IMG/VR virus record: IMGVR_UViG_3300045988_077180
DNA from: a virus
DNA length: 41,550 nt
Reading direction: 5' to 3' (one strand)
Numbering within the stretch: the first letter of the stretch is position 1; every line of letters starts with the position of its first letter. Made by a program: the position numbers and the translations under genes. Below the pieces are notes generated by a model that saw nothing but the letters and a program-made list of their open reading frames with translations, ran no database searches and was not told where the DNA came from. Positions 34,773 to 41,550 of this stretch are shown here, piece after piece.

Positions 34773-34976
34773 ATGAAATTAGATATACTCAAAAATAAAA
34801 TTTTTGAAAACAGAAAAACATATAAAGACTGTGCAGAAATGCTCAATATTAGCGTTACAGCCTTTTCTAATAAGATGAACGGTCATACAGAGTTCAAAGT
34901 AACAGAAGTGATAAATTTGGCAGAATACTTATCATTATCATCAGAAGATTGTCAAACTATTTTTTTTAACAAATAA
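34773..34976 (+). CDS. Cro-like XRE HTH regulator
   Basis: 67 aa. KTYKDCAEMLNISVTAFSNKMNG. AAGGAGG RBS. Divergent from the repressor. Confidence 0.75.
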   Translation: MKLDILKNKIFENRKTYKDCAEMLNISVTAFSNKMNGHTEFKVTEVINLAEYLSLSSEDCQTIFFNK

Positions 34977-34991
34977 CTTGAATTAAATTCA
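34976..34991. promoter_or_regulatory. Fourth operator copy ACTTGAATTAAATTCA just after the cro-like gene
   Basis: Matches the reverse complement of 34734-34749 at 15 of 16 positions. Confidence 0.5.
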
Positions 34992-35017
34992 CATTCATTT
35001 TTAATAGGAGGTAGCGA

Positions 35018-35272
35018 ATGTTAGAAACAATTTGGTTAAATCCAGAACGAGCTTCTAAAATCTTCCCTAACATTGGGACTACAAAATTTAATAAGTATAA
35101 AGATGAATTTATAAAACTATGGGAACAAGATTATTACCCTAGAGAAACTTATTTAAAAGAATGTAATGGGATAGAAATTAAAGCTTTTGTTCACTATCTA
35201 GCTTGGAGAGATTATTTCCAGGATAGCAATTTAATTAACAAAGTAGAATTATTTAAAGGAGTATGGCAATGA
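35018..35272 (+). CDS. Hypothetical protein, possibly a Tn916-Xis-like excisionase
   Basis: LNPERASKIFPNIGTTKFNKY loosely resembles the Xis_Tn916 HTH. The call is weak. Confidence 0.3.
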   Translation: MLETIWLNPERASKIFPNIGTTKFNKYKDEFIKLWEQDYYPRETYLKECNGIEIKAFVHYLAWRDYFQDSNLINKVELFKGVWQ

Positions 35273-35448
35273 AACTAAAAATTAAAAAAGATAAATTACA
35301 CATTATATATTGGACAATCGCTGTAGTAAGTGTATGTTTCCTTACTTTAACAAATATCGATTGGAGACAGATTGCAGGATTTTCTACTGGATTTGGTTTT
35401 CTAATTCAAGGGATCTTTGATAAAGATTTCAGTAAAAAATATTTTTAG
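35263..35448 (+). CDS. Small membrane protein, hypothetical
   Basis: 61 aa with two hydrophobic segments. Confidence 0.45.
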   Translation: MAMKLKIKKDKLHIIYWTIAVVSVCFLTLTNIDWRQIAGFSTGFGFLIQGIFDKDFSKKYF

Positions 35449-35457
35449 GAGGAATGT

Positions 35458-35937
35458 ATGAATAAGTTTAAAAAATTATTCTATAGAAGAGGATTTGAAT
35501 TAATAGATGATATGAATGGCGAGTTACCTATAAAATCTACAATTCATAGTGCGGGAGTTGATTTCATAGCTAGTCAAGAAATTGTGATCCCTGCATTTAG
35601 ATTTAAAGGTGAAGCAACTTTAGTACCTACTGGATTAAAAGCATTTATGCCAAAAAATGAATGTCTATTAATATTTGCTAGAAGTAGCTTACCAGTTAAC
35701 CGTGGTCTAATAATGAGTAACGGTGTAGGAGTTGTAGATTCAGATTATTATAACAACTCTAAAAACGAAGGACATATATTATTAGAGTTTAACAATTTAA
35801 CAAACAAACATTTAACAATTAAAAAAGGTGAAAGAATTGGACAAGGTATTTTCTATAAAGTTCCTAAAGTAAGTTATGGAGTTAGATTAAAAGGAGATAA
35901 GCGTGGTGGAGGATTTGGAAGTACAAATAAAGAATAG
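35458..35937 (+). CDS. dut: dUTP diphosphatase (trimeric dUTPase)
   Basis: SAGVDF, ARSS, VGVVDSDYY, GERIGQ and RGGGFGSTN motifs. Confidence 0.9.
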   Translation: MNKFKKLFYRRGFELIDDMNGELPIKSTIHSAGVDFIASQEIVIPAFRFKGEATLVPTGLKAFMPKNECLLIFARSSLPVNRGLIMSNGVGVVDSDYYNNSKNEGHILLEFNNLTNKHLTIKKGERIGQGIFYKVPKVSYGVRLKGDKRGGGFGSTNKE

Positions 35938-36121
35938 TTTTAGTGAAAAACAAATGGAAATGCTAAAGCATCTAAATGATTACGGTGTTAAGGTAGAACC
36001 TTATGTAAAAGAAAAGTTTCCAACAGGATTTGAAAGTTATGAATTATTTGAAGTACTAGCAGAATATTTCGCTCACACAGCTAAACTATTAAAACAAAAG
36101 TATTTAGAAGAGGAGTGTTAG
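35903..36121 (+). CDS. Hypothetical protein
   Basis: GTG start 6 nt after AAGGAG. 72 aa. Confidence 0.5.
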   Translation: MVEDLEVQIKNSFSEKQMEMLKHLNDYGVKVEPYVKEKFPTGFESYELFEVLAEYFAHTAKLLKQKYLEEEC

Positions 36122-36124
36122 CTA

Positions 36125-36565
36125 ATGAATATTCCTAATTTCAGAGCATACGTTGATAAAAAAATGTATAAAGTTATTGGTTGGTATGGTGATTATATCA
36201 CATTAGGAAGAAAGTATGAAAGTAGATATATTCAATCAATCAATGTAAAGAAAAATGATGTGATTATCATGTATGGAAGTGATTTAAAAGACAAAAAAGG
36301 AAATGAAATATTTAGCGGAGATATCGTTAAAAATACTGATAAAGATATTGGAATAGTGAGATATAAAGACGGATCTTTTGAAGTTGATTTCAAGCAATAT
36401 ATCCCAGCCCAATTAGGATTGATAAATGATGATTTAGAAATAATTGGAGATATTCATAGAAATAAAAAATTACTAGATAAGATTATTAATAACAATAAAA
36501 AAGTTATTTGTTTAAATAGCGTAGAAAAAAGGATTAATAAAAAAAGGAAAAGAACGTCTAAATAG
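36125..36565 (+). CDS. YopX-like protein
   Basis: DKKGNEIFSGDIV...GIVRYKDGSFEV...LEIIGDIHRN pattern. Confidence 0.6.
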   Translation: MNIPNFRAYVDKKMYKVIGWYGDYITLGRKYESRYIQSINVKKNDVIIMYGSDLKDKKGNEIFSGDIVKNTDKDIGIVRYKDGSFEVDFKQYIPAQLGLINDDLEIIGDIHRNKKLLDKIINNNKKVICLNSVEKRINKKRKRTSK

Positions 36566-36630
36566 ACGTTCAGCGATTACCTATAATATATCATAATTAA
36601 TCCAAAAATGCAAGATTTCAAAAGAAGAAG

Positions 36631-37737
36631 GTGATGTTTGTGTTATTGTTTGACGAACAGCCAATAGTATTTGATAGAACGTTAGCAAGAGAAATTGGAG
36701 ATAGACCAGCTACAGTATTGCAGCGTGTTCATTATTGGATAGAAATAAATCGGAAAAATAGAGATGAAAAGGCGTATAAGGACGGACATTATTGGACTTA
36801 TAAATCTATTAGAAGATGGTATGAAGAAGATTTTGATTACTTATCATTTTCTACAGTTAGAAGAACCTTTGAAGATCTAATAGCAAAAGAGTATTTAATA
36901 ACCGGAGATTATAACAAGTTCGGTGCAGACAGAACAAAATGGTATAGAGTTAATAAAGAAAAAGTGAAAGAACTTTATGTAAAATTGGAAAAAGAGAAGA
37001 ATAAAAAGCAGTTGCCAAATACAACAAATGCAAATGCTCAAAATGAACCAATGCAAAAGCTCAAAATGAACAATTCTGAAATGCTCAAAATGAGCCAACC
37101 TATACATAAGAATAATATAAGAATAATTAATAATGATTATATATCATCTCATTCTAATAATATTATATATAGCGAAAAAAATGAGCTAATGGATGAGAGA
37201 GTGAATGATGAAAATAATAAAACTAATAGTCTTAAAAAGAAATACAACACACAGTATTTTAAAGACAGCTTTGGGTATTCCCGAGTCAGCATGAATAAAC
37301 AAAAGGAATTAGACAAGTGGATTAAATACGCTGTTGATATTTGTTTAATGCCTCCTGATACTAGACTTCACATAGGTAAACAGAGTGTAAAAGCTAGTGA
37401 AGTAGTAGAGAGATTAACAGAGTTAAGGCATGAACATATTAATTATATTTTTTCTAGATTAAGTCAAGTTAAGTATCCTACAAACCATCAGAATTACATG
37501 TTAGCAGTCCTGTTTAATGCTAAAGAACAATACGAGAGTAGTATTTCAACATTTACAGGAGGCAAAACAAATAATATCCCTGGTAAATACGTTGTACCTG
37601 TTCCAGATTACTTAAAAGATAGGATATCAGGTAAGAGTAAAACAAAGGATGAAAGAGTAGTTACTGATGAAGATGAAGAAGCATACAAGGAAATGATGAG
37701 TGAATTAATAAAAGGAAAAGAACGCAATGATGTTTAG
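36631..37737 (+). CDS. Replication initiator / replisome organiser-like protein
   Basis: N-terminal winged-helix-like region (ATVLQRVHYWIEIN...YWTYKSIRRWYEE...FSTVRRTFEDLIAKEYL). Iterons lie inside the linker-coding part. Confidence 0.55.
   Translation: MMFVLLFDEQPIVFDRTLAREIGDRPATVLQRVHYWIEINRKNRDEKAYKDGHYWTYKSIRRWYEEDFDYLSFSTVRRTFEDLIAKEYLITGDYNKFGADRTKWYRVNKEKVKELYVKLEKEKNKKQLPNTTNANAQNEPMQKLKMNNSEMLKMSQPIHKNNIRIINNDYISSHSNNIIYSEKNELMDERVNDENNKTNSLKKKYNTQYFKDSFGYSRVSMNKQKELDKWIKYAVDICLMPPDTRLHIGKQSVKASEVVERLTELRHEHINYIFSRLSQVKYPTNHQNYMLAVLFNAKEQYESSISTFTGGKTNNIPGKYVVPVPDYLKDRISGKSKTKDERVVTDEDEEAYKEMMSELIKGKERNDV
37033..37093 (+). repeat. Three direct iterons (A)A(T/A)GCTCAAAATGA spaced 23-24 bp apart: candidate origin of replication
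   Basis: GCTCAAAATGA at 37036-37046, 37059-37069 and 37083-37093. Confidence 0.6.
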
Positions 37738-37765
37738 TGATAATTTCTAACAGGAGGTTATCAAT

Positions 37766-38320
37766 TTGGAGTTTGTAGAACCACTTAGGACACAAGAAGA
37801 ACTAGATGCAATGAATTATTATTTTAAAAGCAGGAGCGAGCGTGATTACTTACTTTACTACATGGGAATAAATGTAGCTTTTAGAATTAGTGATTTATTA
37901 GGATTAAAGGTTGGTGATGTAAGAAACAGGGATAAGATAAGAAGGCGTGAAATGAAGACTGGAAAGTTAAGAGAGATGGTTGTATTACCTAAATTAAAGC
38001 GTGTATTAGATGAGTATTGTATGGATAAAGAAGATGAAGAATACTTGTTTAAATCAACACGATATAAGAACTCTAACAGACCAATTACAAGAACACAAGC
38101 ATACAGGATACTTAAGACTGGTGCTAAAGAGTGTGGGATAAAGAATATAGGTACACATAGTTTCAGAAAGACATTTGGTTATCATTTTTACAAAGAAAGT
38201 AAGGATGTAGTAACACTCATGAAGTTATTCAATCATCATGATCCTAGTATTACATTAAGATATATAGGGATAGAACGTGATGAGATGAGTAAAGCTGTTA
38301 AAAAATGGGGTGGATTATAG
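37766..38320 (+). CDS. Second, minimal tyrosine recombinase (catalytic domain only, 184 aa)
   Basis: TTG start 8 nt after AGGAGG. AFRISDLLGLKVGDV (Arg), GTHSFRKTFGYHFY (H-x-x-R) and HHDPSITLRYIG (His...Tyr). Confidence 0.75.
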   Translation: MEFVEPLRTQEELDAMNYYFKSRSERDYLLYYMGINVAFRISDLLGLKVGDVRNRDKIRRREMKTGKLREMVVLPKLKRVLDEYCMDKEDEEYLFKSTRYKNSNRPITRTQAYRILKTGAKECGIKNIGTHSFRKTFGYHFYKESKDVVTLMKLFNHHDPSITLRYIGIERDEMSKAVKKWGGL

Positions 38321-38523
38321 ACCTCATTTTAAAAATAAAATCTATTATGTAACCAATAAGGGAAACATTACATAGGTAAAAATACAATATATTTAAAATA
38401 CTGATAACAGTAAGGTTTGAAGATATTAACTAGATGTAACACTTTATAAGATATGATACATATTTATTATATAAATTAATCACTCACTCATTCATTCAAA
38501 ATATAAATTAAGGAGAAGAATTA

Positions 38524-38940
38524 ATGATTAATAACGTAGTTTTAGTAGGAAGACTAACAAGAGATTTAGAATTAAGATACACTACATCAAATAAAGCAGC
38601 TGTTAATTTTACATTAGCGGTCAATAGAAATTTTAAAAATGAAAGAGGAGAGTTTCCAGCAGATTTTATAGGTTGTACAGCTTATGGAAAACAAGCGGAG
38701 AATATGGCACGCTTTCTAAATAAAGGAAGCTTGATTGGTGTAGAGGGTAGAATTTCTACAAGGAATTATCAAGGAAAAGACGGGAAGACTGTATATATTA
38801 CAGAAGTGATCGCAGACAAAGTTAACTTCTTAGAGAGTAAAAAACAAGGTAATAACAATCAACAAGCATATTCAGAAGTAAGCAATGTTACTGATTTCTA
38901 TGATTTCAACAGCGAGTACAATCCATTTATAGAGCAATAA
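38524..38940 (+). CDS. ssb: Single-stranded DNA-binding protein
   Basis: [20 protein letters not shown]...VNFTLAVNR...[17 protein letters not shown]-fold pattern with an acidic C-terminal tail. Confidence 0.9.
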   Translation: MINNVVLVGRLTRDLELRYTTSNKAAVNFTLAVNRNFKNERGEFPADFIGCTAYGKQAENMARFLNKGSLIGVEGRISTRNYQGKDGKTVYITEVIADKVNFLESKKQGNNNQQAYSEVSNVTDFYDFNSEYNPFIEQ

Positions 38941-38974
38941 CTAATATGTTTTCTTGGAAAGGATAGAATAAAAA

Positions 38975-39394
38975 ATGGAAAAGAAGAAAATCATTAGAAA
39001 TAATTTCAGTTTAACAAAGCCTGGTCAGAAGAAATTGACAAAACGGGAAGCAATAGATCTAACTATAAACGAAATAGAAGAGAGCTACACTAAAAGATTA
39101 AATACAGAAGTTAATATAAAAGTAGCAGATTTCATTGGTGACTTTTGTTTAGCGTTAGCATGGAGCTTAAGAAATAATCATAATTACGGAGCAAAAAGAA
39201 TTGAACGTACTATTAGAGAATTATTTGAAGTAGTAAGTGATGCGAAAATGAAAGAAGCAGGACAGATACTATTTGATATGAGTGAGATTAAAGAACAGCT
39301 TTTAGTTGAAACTGGATTAGACATAGAACCTGTAATAGTAGAAGAAGTTAACAAACATTTAACAAGGGTAAAGGAGTTTAAGGAAAATGAATAA
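38975..39394 (+). CDS. Hypothetical protein
   Basis: 139-aa ORF in the operon context. Confidence 0.55.
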   Translation: MEKKKIIRNNFSLTKPGQKKLTKREAIDLTINEIEESYTKRLNTEVNIKVADFIGDFCLALAWSLRNNHNYGAKRIERTIRELFEVVSDAKMKEAGQILFDMSEIKEQLLVETGLDIEPVIVEEVNKHLTRVKEFKENE

Positions 39395-39803
39395 AGTCGT
39401 AACTATTAAAGAAATGATTGAAACTATTAAAGAAAAAATGAACTGGAGCGAAGCTATTTTAGCAATCGAGTTAGGAGTAGATTCACAGAATTTATTAGCA
39501 TGGAAAAGAGGAAGAACGCCACGATCTAAAAACTATAAGAAATTAAAAGAGATATATGAAAGTTTATGTAAAGAAGATAACGAAGATAAATTATTAATGC
39601 AATTTAAACAAGCAGAAAATAATATATTAGAAGCACTTTCTGATGTAAATGATAATTTAAAAGAAGCACAAGAAACTCTTAGTGTAGCACGTAGAGATTT
39701 TGCTTTTGCAAATTCTAATATTAAAGCATGGAAAAATAAAAAGAAACAATTAGAAAATAAACTAAAAGAAATAAGAGAAGAATGGGAGAAAAACAATGTA
39801 TAA
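39387..39803 (+). CDS. Hypothetical protein, possible HTH plus coiled coil
   Basis: WSEAILAIELGVDSQNLLAWKRGRTP is an HTH-like segment. The call is weak. Confidence 0.5.
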   Translation: MNKVVTIKEMIETIKEKMNWSEAILAIELGVDSQNLLAWKRGRTPRSKNYKKLKEIYESLCKEDNEDKLLMQFKQAENNILEALSDVNDNLKEAQETLSVARRDFAFANSNIKAWKNKKKQLENKLKEIREEWEKNNV

Positions 39804-40011
39804 AAAGTCAATGTTTAAAAATGCTAAAAGAGTAGATGTGATAGAAACCACAGAAGATAAAATAGAAAGCTACATAGAAGCATATAAAAGAGGAAAAATA
39901 ATTGATCTACCTCCACTAGAAGAGAACGAAGAAATAAAAGAAATCAGTATTATAGGTGGAACAGCTATTATTTACGTTGATGACGTAGGAGGAGAATATG
40001 GCAAGAAATAA
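39796..40011 (+). CDS. Hypothetical protein
   Basis: 71-aa ORF with overlapping start and stop coupling. Confidence 0.5.
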   Translation: MYKKSMFKNAKRVDVIETTEDKIESYIEAYKRGKIIDLPPLEENEEIKEISIIGGTAIIYVDDVGGEYGKK

Positions 40012-40234
40012 ATTAATAGATCTAAACAATCATTTATTTGAAGCATTAGAAAGAATTAATGATGAAAACTTAAAAGGAGAAAGTTTACAAGAAGAAATAG
40101 CTAGAGCTAAGACTATTACAACTATAGGGAATACTATTATAACTAATGCAGATTTAGCATTAGAGGCAGAAAAATATAAAAATGAATTTGGTCGAGGAGC
40201 TTCCTTACCATTGATGATTGAAAATGCGAAATAG
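39998..40234 (+). CDS. Hypothetical protein
   Basis: 78-aa ORF with a GGAGGAG RBS. Confidence 0.5.
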   Translation: MARNKLIDLNNHLFEALERINDENLKGESLQEEIARAKTITTIGNTIITNADLALEAEKYKNEFGRGASLPLMIENAK

Positions 40235-40667
40235 TGGAAGTTTTAAAAAAGGACATATTCCCTGGAATAAAGGTGTAACTGGATATATGGGAGCTAACAG
40301 AACAAGCTTTAAAAAAGGACATACACCAGCACGTTATAGAGAATTGTATTCCGAAAGAACAAGTGTAGATGGAATAGTTGAAATAAAAGTAGAAAGAAAT
40401 AAATGGATATCTAAACATAGATATGTTTGGGAAAAGTATCACAATAGAAAAGTTCCGAAAGGTAAGGTGGTAATATTTCTAGATGGCAATAAAACTAATT
40501 TTGAGATAGATAATTTAAAACTAATATCTAGAGGAGCATTATTAATCTTAAATAGAAAATATAAACACATATTAAAAGATAAAGAATTAATGAGATCGTG
40601 TGTTGATTTAAGTGAGTTAATTTATGCGATAGGTAAAAGAAAGAAAACAGAAGAAAATGAAAACTAA
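40218..40667 (+). CDS. Free-standing HNH endonuclease (HNH_3-like, homing-type)
   Basis: Duplicated KKGH.PWNKG / KKGHTP motif, then HRYVWEKYH...FLDGNKTNFEIDNLKLISR. Confidence 0.75.
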   Translation: MKMRNSGSFKKGHIPWNKGVTGYMGANRTSFKKGHTPARYRELYSERTSVDGIVEIKVERNKWISKHRYVWEKYHNRKVPKGKVVIFLDGNKTNFEIDNLKLISRGALLILNRKYKHILKDKELMRSCVDLSELIYAIGKRKKTEENEN

Positions 40668-40827
40668 TATTGACGAGCTAATGAAAGAAAAAGGAATAAC
40701 TAACAAAGAGTTAGCAGCGTTAACAGGGTTACATGTTAAAACAATACGTGAAGCACGTAAGGGTTTGACGGTAACAAGAAGTAGTACGTTGAGAAAGATA
40801 ATTAAGGTGTTGAAGGATGAAAAATAA
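40657..40827 (+). CDS. Small XRE-like HTH protein (56 aa)
   Basis: MKEKGITNKELAALTGLHVKTIREARKG. Not in the ORF track because it is under 60 aa. Confidence 0.5.
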   Translation: MKTNIDELMKEKGITNKELAALTGLHVKTIREARKGLTVTRSSTLRKIIKVLKDEK

Positions 40828-41077
40828 TTTAAAAAATATTTATTATAGAGTTGTACAGAAATATAAAATAGACGATAAAGCTGGAGACATTACAGCAGGG
40901 ACACCGTTTATTGAATTAACTTCTGATTATGACGATACAAAACTATATTTGAATGCATATAAAATTATAGAAGTTGTAGCTATTGGTAATACCACACACG
41001 TATATACCACGTGTAACACGATTGTCAAAGAAAAACCTGCAGAAATTTTAGAATTAATTAAAAATAAATACATATAA
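40817..41077 (+). CDS. Hypothetical protein
   Basis: 86-aa ORF. Its ATG overlaps the end of the previous ORF. Confidence 0.5.
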   Translation: MKNNLKNIYYRVVQKYKIDDKAGDITAGTPFIELTSDYDDTKLYLNAYKIIEVVAIGNTTHVYTTCNTIVKEKPAEILELIKNKYI

Positions 41078-41093
41078 ACAAAGGAGATTAACA

Positions 41094-41276
41094 ATGATTA
41101 AAAGAGTAGTAAAAATAGAAACAACAAAAGAAATGATAGCGAACGACATTAACGAATTTATTAGCAACAGCGATATCGACCAACCGATATTGGAAGATAA
41201 TGAACGTGTAATAGGTTATACAGTGATTGAAGACGTTGAAACATGGTATGTTTTGGTGGATATAGGAGAGAAGTAA
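41094..41276 (+). CDS. Hypothetical protein
   Basis: 60 aa with an AAGGAG RBS. Confidence 0.5.
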   Translation: MIKRVVKIETTKEMIANDINEFISNSDIDQPILEDNERVIGYTVIEDVETWYVLVDIGEK

Positions 41277-41467
41277 TGGGTAATAATACAACTCAAGAAG
41301 CAGTTCAGGATTTGAAAAATAAGATAAAAACAGAAATTATTGAGCCTACAGTTATAATTTGTAATAAATATATTGGTTTGAAGATGAAAATATTTTTATC
41401 GATTGCTGCAACGATATATGTATTTGGGTTGCTTATATATAGTTTATATCAAGTATTTAATATGTAG
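41276..41467 (+). CDS. Small protein with a C-terminal TM helix
   Basis: ATG at 41276 overlaps the upstream TAA. IFLSIAATIYVFGLLIYSLY. Confidence 0.5.
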   Translation: MGNNTTQEAVQDLKNKIKTEIIEPTVIICNKYIGLKMKIFLSIAATIYVFGLLIYSLYQVFNM

Positions 41468-41485
41468 AGGTGTTGTGCTAATGGA
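41466..41485 (+). repeat. 20-nt exact direct repeat (copy 2) AGAGGTGTTGTGCTAATGGA
   Basis: Identical to 923-942. Together the two copies bracket the paralogous gene pair on the circular map. Confidence 0.9.
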
Positions 41486-41550
41486 AGAACAAGTAAAAGA
41501 AATGTTAAAACAAAAAGCTGATTTTGAAAAAGAAGTGTTGAACAAGTATT
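41481..41550 (+). CDS. 5' part of the hypothetical protein that continues at position 1 (same gene as 1..426)
   Basis: ATG at 41481 lies after a GAGGTG RBS. MEEQVKEMLKQKADF... is in frame with the ORF open at the window start. Confidence 0.7.
   Translation, partial: MEEQVKEMLKQKADFEKEVLNKY
41496..41550. repeat. 55-nt exact duplication of positions 1-55 (circular closure or assembly overlap)
   Basis: aaagaaatgttaaaacaaaaagctgattttgaaaaagaagtgttgaacaagtatt is read at both ends of the window. Confidence 0.95.

Larger units (their letters stand above)
1..41495. mobile_element. Complete circularly closed temperate siphovirus-type phage genome (unique length 41,495 bp)
   Basis: Full set of lysogeny, replication, packaging, head, tail and lysis modules. 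The window ends repeat each other and an ORF runs across the junction. Confidence 0.85.

Noticed and set aside
38346-38440. ATGTAAC / ATTACAT motifs in the gap after the small recombinase, considered as recombination sites or an invertible switch.
   Set aside because: They are only 7-mers in AT-rich DNA and are mostly in direct orientation. No extended inverted-repeat pair flanks a promoter-sized segment.
1-41550. Scan for tRNA, rRNA, CRISPR arrays, transposases or IS elements, and known toxin or defence domains such as RT, TIR, cyclase or nuclease-NTPase.
   Set aside because: I found no cloverleaf-like GC-rich segments, no regularly spaced direct repeats with unique spacers, and no transposase-like ORFs. 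The only accessory candidates are those reported in 26900-31822 and the lysogeny-module lipoprotein.

Overview
This window is a complete, circularly closed temperate phage genome. The last 55 nt (41496-41550) repeat nt 1-55, so the unique length is 41,495 bp. It looks like a low-GC Gram-positive (Bacillota-type) siphovirus with HK97-like, cos/HNH-type packaging. No host flank, tRNA, rRNA or CRISPR array was seen. Gene order on the + strand: small early genes and a sigma-region-4-like late regulator (1-2772); a late promoter plus terminator; HNH, a GC-rich cos-like island, TerS, TerL, portal, ClpP-like protease and major capsid (2878-8798); neck and tail genes with a G/GT -1 frameshift and a 1380-aa tape measure (8803-15901); Dit, Tal and three fibre/RBP-like proteins (15885-25763); holin and amidase endolysin (25783-26899). 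An accessory 'moron island' follows (26900-31822), then attP-like DNA. The lysogeny module is on the - strand: integrase, a lipoprotein, and a CI/LexA-like repressor interrupted by an in-frame TAG. The + strand then resumes with a Cro-like switch, dUTPase, YopX-like protein, a replication organiser with internal iterons, a second minimal tyrosine recombinase, SSB, a second HNH and small ORFs. The best candidate for an undescribed system is the operator-controlled, translationally coupled five-gene operon at 27364-31175. It encodes two unknown proteins, an SNF2 helicase, an IbrA-like PP-loop/PAPS-reductase-fold protein and an IbrB-like ParB/Srx protein, and it sits in the prophage-end moron slot next to two sRNA-like units and two single-gene morons. 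All calls rest on motif reading and gene context only; no database search was possible.
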